Assembly (NCBI GenBank): GCA_002478545.1
Contig: DLOY01000084.1
Span: 54,492-118,491, forward strand
From: Micrococcales bacterium UBA7472
GTDB taxonomy: Bacteria; Actinomycetota; Actinomycetes; Actinomycetales; Microbacteriaceae
Length of the DNA: 64,000 bases
Direction: 5' to 3'
This document shows, in pieces, positions 54,045 through 61,671 of this stretch. Under the pieces are notes generated by a model. That model saw only the letters and a program-made list of their open reading frames with translations. It searched no databases and was not told where the DNA came from. The position numbers were made by a program, and so were the translations under genes. The number at the start of each line of letters is the position of its first letter. Positions within the stretch are counted from its first letter, which is position 1.

Positions 54045-54090
54045 GGGGTAAAAAATACCCCGCAAATCTTTCAGGTTTGTTAACCAAGTA

Positions 54091-54132
54091 AAAACTCGCC
54101 TCAACCATTACATGAAGGTTGTGAGGCGAGTT
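54091..54132 (-). terminator. Intrinsic terminator of the tRNA operon
   Basis: Inverted repeat AACTCGCCTCA (54093-54103) / TGAGGCGAGTT (54122-54132) with a T run on the minus strand. Confidence 0.7.
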
Positions 54133-54145
54133 GAGGTGCTGCTCG

Positions 54146-54217
54146 TGGGCGATACTGGGTTCGAACCAGTGACCTCTTCCGTGTCAGGGAAGCGCGCTAC
54201 CACTGCGCCAATCGCCC
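54146..54217 (-). tRNA. tRNA-Val(GAC)
   Basis: GGGCGAT acceptor stem, anticodon arm CTTCC-CT-GAC-AC-GGAAG, GGTTCGAAC T loop; CCA not encoded. Confidence 0.96.
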
Positions 54218-54232
54218 GTCTTTTGTGGTGAG

Positions 54233-54303
54233 AGGTGAAGACGGGATTCGAACCCGTGTACACGGCTTTGCAGGCCGCTGCCTCGCCTCTCGGCCACTCC
54301 ACC
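54233..54303 (-). tRNA. tRNA-Cys(GCA)
   Basis: GGTGGAG acceptor, loop CT-GCA-AA, GGTTCGAAT, U discriminator; CCA not encoded. Confidence 0.95.
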
Positions 54304-54318
54304 GTTCAGGTGTCTGAG

Positions 54319-54391
54319 AGCGGATGACGAGACTCGAACTCGCGACCCTCACCTTGGCAAGGTGATGCGCTACCAACTGCGCTACATCCGC
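54319..54391 (-). tRNA. tRNA-Gly(GCC)
   Basis: GCGGATG acceptor, arm CACC-TT-GCC-AA-GGTG, GTTCGAG, U discriminator; CCA not encoded. Confidence 0.96.
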
Positions 54392-54416
54392 ATTGCTCTC
54401 GACAGAGAACTTGAAA

Positions 54417-54447
54417 ATTATGCCACATAATTCCAACTCGTTGTCAA
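54417..54447 (-). promoter_or_regulatory. Sigma-A type promoter of the tRNA operon
   Basis: TTGACA (54447-54442), 19 nt spacer, extended -10 TGn-CATAAT (54422-54417); spacer is longer than the ideal. Confidence 0.55.
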
Positions 54448-54488
54448 AAAAGCGAAAAGCGGTGAGATTGCTCCCACCGCTTCACGCT
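54446..54488 (-). terminator. Intrinsic terminator downstream of amtB
   Basis: Stem AGCG..AAGCGGTG / CACCGCTT..CGCT followed by a T run on the minus strand. Confidence 0.75.
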
Positions 54489-54496
54489 GTTTTTGA

Positions 54497-55717
54497 TTAT
54501 CGGCGTTCTGGATCCTGGCCGAAGCTGTAGGCGGCCTCACCGTGGACCACTAGGTCAACACCTGCAATCTCATCCTCAGACTTCACTCGGAAGCCAATGG
54601 TCTTCTCGATTGCAAATCCGATAATGAGCGCTGCAAGGAATCCATAGATTAGAACTCCGAAGGCCGCGATTGCCTGAACCACCAACTGGCCGTAGTCGCC
54701 ACCGGTGAATAGACCGGTGTCGGTTGCGAAGAAGCCGAGGTACAGGGTTCCAATTAGACCAGCTGCCAGGTGGATACCCACTACGTCAAGCGAGTCGTCG
54801 TAACCAAGCTTGAACTTCAACTCGACAGCCAGAGCGCTCAGTGCACCGGCGATAACGCCAAGCAAAATCGCGTAGCCGGGGGTGATACTGGCACATGCTG
54901 GGGTAATTGCCACTAGACCTGCAACCGCGCCGGATGCGGCACCGATCGAGGTTGCCTTACCTTCCTTGAGCTTTTCAATGGCTAGCCAGCCAAGGATCGC
55001 TGCGGAGGTCGCACCAAGAGTGTTCACGGTGATCAAGCCGGCATTCTCAAGTCCATTTAGGAACTCAGCACCAACGTTGAAGCCGAACCAGCCAAACCAA
55101 AGAAGTGCCGCACCGACCAAAACCAACGGGACGTTGTGAGGCTGCATGATGCCTTTCGCGAATCCAAAGCGCTTGCCCAACACGATTGCCAGAGCAAGCG
55201 CGGCTGCACCGGCATTGATGTGCACTGCGGTGCCACCGGCGTAGTCGATGACGCTAGGCATGTTTAGCCAGGTGCCAAGTTCCATGATCCATCCGCCACC
55301 CCATACCCAAGCTGCTACCGGGAAGTAGGAAACGGTCGCCCAGATACCCGCGAATACCAACCAGGCTCCAAATCGAGCGCGGTCAGCAATCGATCCTGAA
55401 ATCAGGGCAACAGTGATGATTGCGAAGGTCGCGCCGTAAGCTGCGCCTACGAGACCCTCATTGTCAAGACCAGCTAGGCCGAAACTCGCGAACGGGTTAC
55501 CGCTGAAGTCGGTTGGGTTTTCTACCGCGGACATGCTGTATCCGTAAAGCACCCACAGCACTCCAATTAGGGCGAGCGACCCAAAGCTCATCATCATCAT
55601 GCTCACTACAGACTTCGCCTTGACTAAGCCTCCGTAGAAGAACGCCAAACCTGGCGTCATCAAGAGCACCAACGCAGTTGAGATCACTGCGAAAGCTAGT
55701 TCTCCGGTTCCTAACAT
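54497..55717 (-). CDS. amtB: Ammonium transporter
   Basis: LVLLMTPGLAFFYGG, DYAGGTAVH, LLWFGWFGFN, DDSLDVVGIH (both pore His); ATG 55717 with SD GAGGTG. Confidence 0.97.
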   Translation of the reverse strand: MLGTGELAFAVISTALVLLMTPGLAFFYGGLVKAKSVVSMMMMSFGSLALIGVLWVLYGYSMSAVENPTDFSGNPFASFGLAGLDNEGLVGAAYGATFAIITVALISGSIADRARFGAWLVFAGIWATVSYFPVAAWVWGGGWIMELGTWLNMPSVIDYAGGTAVHINAGAAALALAIVLGKRFGFAKGIMQPHNVPLVLVGAALLWFGWFGFNVGAEFLNGLENAGLITVNTLGATSAAILGWLAIEKLKEGKATSIGAASGAVAGLVAITPACASITPGYAILLGVIAGALSALAVELKFKLGYDDSLDVVGIHLAAGLIGTLYLGFFATDTGLFTGGDYGQLVVQAIAAFGVLIYGFLAALIIGFAIEKTIGFRVKSEDEIAGVDLVVHGEAAYSFGQDPERR

Positions 55718-55808
55718 GTCCACCTCACTTTGAGTTATCAAATGGCCAACCCCTGGGCCGCCATGGGACAATCATCAAAGTGACCGATTACGGTCAGACA
55801 CTTGGATA

Positions 55809-55854
55809 GTTTCAGCTGGGTTACAAAATCGAGCTTGAGTTACGGTTGTGTTTC
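55809..55854 (-). promoter_or_regulatory. Candidate GlnR boxes upstream of amtB
   Basis: Minus strand GTAAC-n6-GAAAC (55824-55809) and GAAAC-n6-GTAAC (55854-55839), compared with the actinobacterial GlnR consensus gTnAc-n6-GaAAc. Confidence 0.65.
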
Positions 55855-55874
55855 AAGATGCCCGAGGAGTGGTT

Positions 55875-57026
55875 TTGAAAAGCGATAAGTCCGCCGCCCT
55901 ATTGTTGCTGGCTGCGGCGGTTGCAGGTCTAGTAATCGCCAACTCCCCCGTCGGTTCGAGCTTCCTTGACTTCAAGCACTCTTACGTTGGTCTCGAGGCA
56001 ATTGGGCTAAAGCTTTCTGTAGAACACTGGGTTTCTGACTTGCTGCTGGCAGTCTTCTTTTTGGTAGCCGGCCTCGAGCTGAAGTATGAGCTTCGACTCG
56101 GTGTGCTGAGCAAGTTCAAGACCGCCCTTGTCCCCGTGCTGGGTGGAATCGGTGGTGTCGCGGTTCCAGCAATTATTTACCTCGCACTCACCTGGGGGAC
56201 CGAACTGGCAAGCGGCTGGCCAATACCCACCGCAACGGACATCGCCTTCGCTTTAGGCGTGCTGGCAATTTTCGGTGCTGGATTGCCCAAGTCAGCCAGA
56301 GTGTTTCTCCTCGCGCTGGCCATATTTGATGACCTGGTCGCAATCAGCATCATCGCGATTTTCTATACCGATCAGGTCAAAGTCGAATGGCTACTGATAG
56401 CAGCTGCAATTGCCCTCGCGCACAGCGCCTTGGAACAGCAGAAACGAATTCCTATCAACCTAGTTCGAGTGATTACCTTCTTGCTGCTTTGGTACGCGGT
56501 CTATCAGTCTGGGGTTCACGCGACAATTGCTGGCGTGGTGTTGGGTCTGATCATCCCAGCCTCAAAGACTCATTCGCTCACCGCAAGGTTGCAGCCATGG
56601 ACCAATTCAATTGCGCTTCCCGTGTTTGCGTTCTTTGCGGTTGCAATTGCTCTTCCAAGCTTCGCTCAGGATGTTTCGGTGGTGTTCCCAGCTATTGCTA
56701 TTGCGCTGCCGGCGGGCAAGATCATCGGCATCACCTTGCTGGCCTACCTTGCCAACAAGCTTGCTGCGCCCCAGGACAGGCTTACCCTGAAGTTGCCTGA
56801 CTTTATTGCGGTAGCTGCGATTGCGGGCGTCGGGTTCACCGTTTCGCTGTTGATGACGAATCTCTCATTTGCCGACAACCCTGAGGTCTTGGCCGAAGCG
56901 ACGCTCGCCGTGATTTTTGGCAGCTTAATTTCGATGGCAATTGGCGGCTTCCTTGCCAGTTGGCGCGGCAAGCACTACCGCAAACTAGCTCGGTCAGTAA
57001 AGCTCGCAGAGCGCGCCGATTCTTGA
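55875..57026 (+). CDS. nhaA: Na+/H+ antiporter NhaA
   Basis: FF..GLELK.E, GW.IP.ATDIAFA, LAIFDD, SGVHAT, GK..G, G.GFT.SL; start re-set to TTG 55875 after SD GAGGAG. Confidence 0.93.
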   Translation: MKSDKSAALLLLAAAVAGLVIANSPVGSSFLDFKHSYVGLEAIGLKLSVEHWVSDLLLAVFFLVAGLELKYELRLGVLSKFKTALVPVLGGIGGVAVPAIIYLALTWGTELASGWPIPTATDIAFALGVLAIFGAGLPKSARVFLLALAIFDDLVAISIIAIFYTDQVKVEWLLIAAAIALAHSALEQQKRIPINLVRVITFLLLWYAVYQSGVHATIAGVVLGLIIPASKTHSLTARLQPWTNSIALPVFAFFAVAIALPSFAQDVSVVFPAIAIALPAGKIIGITLLAYLANKLAAPQDRLTLKLPDFIAVAAIAGVGFTVSLLMTNLSFADNPEVLAEATLAVIFGSLISMAIGGFLASWRGKHYRKLARSVKLAERADS

Positions 57027-57995
57027 AACTGCTCTGAGGTATTTCTTGCGGTAGCCGCCCGAAATCATGGTTTCCGAAAAGACCTTGGTAGCAGGCACTT
57101 TGCCTGATGTTCGCAGCGGTATCTGCTGCTCATAAAGCCGATCAACAAAGCTCACCAAGCGCAACGCTGCGACCTGATCTTCGAGTTGGTGCAGGTTCTT
57201 GATGGCAAGGGAGCCAACCTGGTCAATTAGTTTTCTGAACTTTGTAGGGTGGAGTGTCCCGAGGTGGGCCAGCAGGGCGTCAAAATCCTCAAGGTAGCCA
57301 TCCTCCTGGTAACCAATCCAGTCGCGCAGCTCTAATTCACTGAGGTTCCTGGAGTCTTGGCTGCTGTCGCGGTGTCGGTAATCCTCACCATCGACGCTCA
57401 CGATTTCAAAGCGCTCCCCCAAACCCTGGATCTCACGTTTGAAGTCCTCGGCGGCAAATCTGCCCTGACCGAGCGCATTTGGTGGCGTGTTGGAGGTTGC
57501 CGCGAAGCGCACACCTTTTTCGCTAAGTTCCTTCAGAAACCTCGACATCAGCATGGTGTCGCCTGGATCGTCGAGCTCGAATTCATCGATACAGATCAGT
57601 GCATAGCTTGAAAAGCTCGCTACCGCCTGGCTGAACCCCAGATAACCAACGAGTGAGGTGTATTCGAGGAAGCTGCCAAAGGCTTTTCGACCATTGAAGG
57701 CGTGGTAGATCGAGGCTAGAAGGTGGGTCTTGCCAACGCCGAAGCCACCGTCCAAATAGATACCTGGGATGGCCTCGGATTTTGAAAACAGCTTTCGAAC
57801 GGGACCGGTTACGAATTGTTTCGAGCGTTCCACAGCCGCTTGCTGAGAGGGAAAATTGGCGTCTGGACGGTAATTCTCAAAGTGGGCTTTGACAAACTCC
57901 GGCGGTGGTACCAACTGTCGAATAAGCTCTTCAGTAGCGGTGGATGGAACCACACCAACCAAGGAATTTGGTTGATTTTTTGCTGGTTCTAGCAC
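56994..57995 (-). CDS. zapE: Cell division ATPase ZapE (AFG1 family)
   Basis: [41 protein letters not shown]; start probably GTG 57995 (SD GGAG, -10 TAAACT). Confidence 0.92.
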   Translation of the reverse strand: MLEPAKNQPNSLVGVVPSTATEELIRQLVPPPEFVKAHFENYRPDANFPSQQAAVERSKQFVTGPVRKLFSKSEAIPGIYLDGGFGVGKTHLLASIYHAFNGRKAFGSFLEYTSLVGYLGFSQAVASFSSYALICIDEFELDDPGDTMLMSRFLKELSEKGVRFAATSNTPPNALGQGRFAAEDFKREIQGLGERFEIVSVDGEDYRHRDSSQDSRNLSELELRDWIGYQEDGYLEDFDALLAHLGTLHPTKFRKLIDQVGSLAIKNLHQLEDQVAALRLVSFVDRLYEQQIPLRTSGKVPATKVFSETMISGGYRKKYLRAVSRIGALCELY

Positions 57996-58043
57996 ACAGG
58001 CTCCGTTCGTCGGGGCAAGTTTAGACAATCTTTAGGAGTTTCA

Positions 58044-58913
58044 GTGTCAGACAAGTTCGCAGGCTATGCCCACCCCGAAGTTCTAGTAACCACCGAGTGG
58101 TTGGCGCAGAACCGTGCATCGGTCAAGGTCGTCGAATCCAATGAGGACATTTTGTTGTATGACACCGGACACATTCCAGGTGCGGTCAAACTCGATTGGC
58201 ACACTGAGCTAAATGATCCGGTCCGGCGCGACTATCTAGACGGTGCTGGCTTTGCCGCTCTAATGCAGCGCAAGGGCATCTCTCGAGACGACACCGTGGT
58301 GCTCTACGGAGACAAGTCCAACTGGTGGGCTTGCTACGCGTTTTGGGTTTTCAAGCTATTTGGTCACCAGGATGTGCGACTTCTCGACGGAGGCCGTGCG
58401 AAGTGGGTTGCTGAGGGACGCGAGCTAACGCGCGAGATCGATCCGGTGACTGCGGGAACCTATCCAGTGGTTCAGCGCGAGGATTCTCAGATCAGAGCTT
58501 TCCGTGACGACGTGCTGAAGCACGCGGGATCACCAATCGTAGATATTCGTTCGTTCCCCGAATACACCGGAGAGCGGCTACACATGCCTGACTACCCGAA
58601 CGAGGGAGCTGCCAGAGGCGGACACATTCCTTCTGCGAAAAATGTCCCGTGGGGCAAGTGTGTGCAGGAGGACGGAACTTTCAAGCCTGTAGCCGGCCTG
58701 CGTGAGGTTTTGTTGGACGAGACGGGCTTCAGTGAGTCTGAGAAGTTCATCACCTACTGCCGAATCGGAGAGCGCTCCTCACTGACCTGGTTCGCCCTCA
58801 AGTACCTAATTGGGGTCAAAGATGTGCGTAACTACGACGGCAGCTGGACCGAATGGGGAAACCTCGTTGCTGTTCCAGTCGTTCAAGGTGAAGAGCCTGG
58901 AGTATTGGCCTAG
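58044..58913 (+). CDS. sseA: Tandem-domain rhodanese sulfurtransferase (SseA/CysA type)
   Basis: [23 protein letters not shown] active loop, [10 protein letters not shown]. Confidence 0.93.
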   Translation: MSDKFAGYAHPEVLVTTEWLAQNRASVKVVESNEDILLYDTGHIPGAVKLDWHTELNDPVRRDYLDGAGFAALMQRKGISRDDTVVLYGDKSNWWACYAFWVFKLFGHQDVRLLDGGRAKWVAEGRELTREIDPVTAGTYPVVQREDSQIRAFRDDVLKHAGSPIVDIRSFPEYTGERLHMPDYPNEGAARGGHIPSAKNVPWGKCVQEDGTFKPVAGLREVLLDETGFSESEKFITYCRIGERSSLTWFALKYLIGVKDVRNYDGSWTEWGNLVAVPVVQGEEPGVLA

Positions 58914-59335
58914 TGCACGAAAGGGTAAGCGCGGTCGTTGACGACTTTCAGTCGCTGACTGGGAATGACCGACTGCAGATGCTATTGGAGTATGCGGACG
59001 CGCTGCCAGAGCTCGATAGCCGCTTCGGAGAGCATCCTGAGCTCTTGGAGCGAGTTGAGGAGTGCCAGGCACCGGTATTCATAGCGGTTGAAGGTGACTC
59101 GGAGAAAATCGATTTGTTCTTCTCGGCACCCAAGGAAGCTCCAACCACTCGGGGTTTTGCGTCTGCTTTGAACACTGCCCTGAATGGCCTCACTGCCGCC
59201 GAGATACTCTCAGTTTCGGATGATTTTCCGACGGAGCTTGGCTTAGATCAGTTGATTTCCCCGCTTCGCGTTCGCGGCATGCGCGGCATGCTGGCGCGCA
59301 TCAAAAGAAAGACTCGGGAGCTTGCTGCCAGTTAG
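58913..59335 (+). CDS. sufE: SufE family sulfur acceptor protein
   Basis: RLQ.LLE, VEECQAPV, EAPTTRGFA, SPLR.RG. Confidence 0.92.
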   Translation: MHERVSAVVDDFQSLTGNDRLQMLLEYADALPELDSRFGEHPELLERVEECQAPVFIAVEGDSEKIDLFFSAPKEAPTTRGFASALNTALNGLTAAEILSVSDDFPTELGLDQLISPLRVRGMRGMLARIKRKTRELAAS

Positions 59336-59885
59336 CGACCGCTTCGGTCCCGCCGTGCTAGCAGATAGCTTTCTAGCCGCGATGCTCGCGGGTTCAAAAA
59401 TCACGGCCAGTTTGGTGGTTGATTCTGACGGGGACACCACCGATGAAATGGGTGGATCAAAGCTACTTGGCGGGCCGACCGATCTTGAATGGTTGAGGGC
59501 GCTGCGCAGGGATGCCTCTTTGGTCGTGACCACTGGAAAGACCTATCGGGCCGAAGAATATCGGATGCCAAAATCAGCCCATTTAGCGGTGTTCTCTCGT
59601 TCACGACTCGCACCGCCAGTCGGCCTCGATTTACCTGAGCGATTCATTGAGCTGGGTGAGGTTGCCTCAATGTCTAAAACGATTCAAGCTTTGGCTCTTG
59701 ATTTCAAGCGGATTCATCTGGAACTCGGCCCAAGCACGCTGCTGCCAACCTGCAAAGAGCTTGGATTGGGAATCTGGGTAAGCTCACTCGAACGCTCCGG
59801 TATTTCTTCGTTCTGTGAAAAGCAAAAACTAGCTGTCTTGCATGAGGTTCAAGTGAATGATTTGGTAATCGCCTACTGCCGCTAG
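59322..59885 (+). CDS. Divergent RibD C-terminal / dihydrofolate reductase-fold protein
   Basis: DG......S..LGGPTD...LRALR..A..V..G.T.RAE.Y pattern of Rv2671-like reductases; short, with ELGP in place of EGG; start uncertain. Confidence 0.6.
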   Translation: MLPVSDRFGPAVLADSFLAAMLAGSKITASLVVDSDGDTTDEMGGSKLLGGPTDLEWLRALRRDASLVVTTGKTYRAEEYRMPKSAHLAVFSRSRLAPPVGLDLPERFIELGEVASMSKTIQALALDFKRIHLELGPSTLLPTCKELGLGIWVSSLERSGISSFCEKQKLAVLHEVQVNDLVIAYCR

Positions 59886-59932
59886 CGGCGTGGCACAGAG
59901 CCCATTTTCCGCATCAGGAGTAGCTTTTTGGA

Positions 59933-60493
59933 GTGGAGTTAGACCTTTCCGAAATAAGCGAACCCTTTAGAGGCATGCTCGCGTCATTGACGGAGGTTGC
60001 CACTAGGGAGGAGATCGAACTCACTCAAATCCCATCCCCCAAAGGAATCGCACCGGAATCATTTGCCATCTCAGCTGAGATTCGTCATCAGACAGAGTCA
60101 GATCACGGTGTAAGCCGACTGGTTTTCTGTCGCGATCCGCAAATTCCAGAGGGCTGGAATTCGGAATTTCGCATCATCGGATATGCAAAATCCCCCATCG
60201 AGCTGGAGATGGCAAAGGACGAGTACCTCTCCCAGTTGCCCTGGGAATGGCTTCGGGACTCTTTGACTCAGAACGGCGCAAGCTTTGCCTACGAGGCTGG
60301 CACCACAACCACAGTTGTATCAACCGGTCACGGGTCCTTGATAACACAGCCTCAACACGCTGAGCTTGAAATTCGGGCGTCTTGGGCGCCGGTTGGCTTC
60401 GATCTGAAGCCTCACCTCCAGGGTTGGATTGAACTGCTCGCACTAATCAGTGGTTTGCCCCCCAAGGACAGCAAAGTAGTGAGGCTTGGTTGA
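59933..60493 (+). CDS. DUF3000 family protein
   Basis: R.EI.L..IP.P..IAP.S.A, DP...EGW...FR, ELEIRASW.P, SGLPP; upstream of RNase D. Confidence 0.88.
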   Translation: MELDLSEISEPFRGMLASLTEVATREEIELTQIPSPKGIAPESFAISAEIRHQTESDHGVSRLVFCRDPQIPEGWNSEFRIIGYAKSPIELEMAKDEYLSQLPWEWLRDSLTQNGASFAYEAGTTTTVVSTGHGSLITQPQHAELEIRASWAPVGFDLKPHLQGWIELLALISGLPPKDSKVVRLG

Positions 60494-61671
60494 AGCTCAC
60501 CGCTCCCCGACTTCCTGTTTCAGGCGTTACGAATGAACAAGAACTTCTACGCTGCGTATCTGAAATAGCCAGGGTCGAGGTTCTCTCATTAGATGCCGAA
60601 CGTGCCAGTGGCTTTCGATACTCTCAAAAGGCCTACCTGGTTCAAATCGCCACTGACAAAGAGATCTTCTTGATTGACCCAGTTGCCCTAGACGAGGTTT
60701 CAGCTTCGTGGACAGAGCAGTTAGCAGCGGAACTAAATCCAAGGACCTGGCTGCTGCATGCCGCTACTCAGGACCTACCTTGCCTGGCTCAGCTCGGGCT
60801 TTACCCGAAAAAGTTGATCGATACTGAGCTTGCCGCTCGCATCGCTGGCCTAGCCAGGGTCGGCCTTGGCTCGCTTTGTGAGGAGCTCCTTGGTCTAGAG
60901 CTTGCCAAGGAGCACAGTGCCTCAGACTGGTCGCTCAGGCCCTTGAGCGATGAGATGCTCAACTATGCAGCGCTTGATGTCGATGTCATGGCCGAGTTGT
61001 GGATTGCACTTGAGAAGCTTCTGGAGGAGCAGGGAAAGCTTCAATTCATCGCTGAGGAATTCGAGCACCTGCTCAGTTTCAAACCCAAGCCACAGCCACA
61101 AGAGCCTTGGCGCAATCTGCCTGGTTTGAGCAAGGTGAAGGAGTTGGATCGCGTGAAAATCGCGGCAAGCCTGTGGCTGGAGCGAGATCGAATCGCACGC
61201 GAGAGTGACACCGCGCCGGGGCGTTTGATTCCGGACCGAGCCATCATGGCTGTGGTCAATGCCCCACCGACCTCCAAATCTGAGCTCGCGGGAAATCGAG
61301 AGTTTCAAGGCCGAGCATCACGCTCGATGCTCGGGAACTGGTGGCAGGCTATTGCTTCGGCCAAGGATCTAGAGATTGAATTGACCCCCTTGGAGCGCGG
61401 TAATGGCATCCCAAACCATCGATCCTGGGAAAAGCGCTTTCCTGAGGCTCACCAGCGCCTGGAAAGCACAAGACCCAAGTTGGTAGCGCTAGCTGAGGAG
61501 CTCGGAATCCCCGTTGAGAATTTGCTGACGCCAGACTTCCTCAGAAGGGTCTGTTTCGCACCCGAGAACGACATTGCCCAGCAGCTATTGCAGCTTGGCG
61601 CTCGGAATTGGCAGGTCAGCCTAGTTGCGCCTCTGATCCAAGCTGAGTTCTCTCGCCCTCTAGAGGCTTAG
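60490..61671 (+). CDS. rnd: Ribonuclease D (3'-5' exonuclease plus HRDC)
   Basis: DAERASGFRYSQ.AYL.Q, LHAA.QDL, DTELA, DWS.RPL, YAALDV, ENLL.P. Confidence 0.93.
   Translation: MKLTAPRLPVSGVTNEQELLRCVSEIARVEVLSLDAERASGFRYSQKAYLVQIATDKEIFLIDPVALDEVSASWTEQLAAELNPRTWLLHAATQDLPCLAQLGLYPKKLIDTELAARIAGLARVGLGSLCEELLGLELAKEHSASDWSLRPLSDEMLNYAALDVDVMAELWIALEKLLEEQGKLQFIAEEFEHLLSFKPKPQPQEPWRNLPGLSKVKELDRVKIAASLWLERDRIARESDTAPGRLIPDRAIMAVVNAPPTSKSELAGNREFQGRASRSMLGNWWQAIASAKDLEIELTPLERGNGIPNHRSWEKRFPEAHQRLESTRPKLVALAEELGIPVENLLTPDFLRRVCFAPENDIAQQLLQLGARNWQVSLVAPLIQAEFSRPLEA

Noticed and set aside
54062..54090. Possible Pho box upstream of the nucleotidase (GTTAAC)
   Set aside because: Only one plausible half-site, and the weak partner is 10 rather than 11 bp away.
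50012..54146. Possible genomic island integrated at tRNA-Val
   Set aside because: No integrase or transposase, no duplicated tRNA 3' end seen, and composition looks like the flanks.
54146..54391. tRNAs lacking encoded CCA
   Set aside because: Common in Actinobacteria, where CCA is added enzymatically.
54108..54436. ORFs 54108-54302 and 54197-54436
   Set aside because: They overlap the three tRNA genes.
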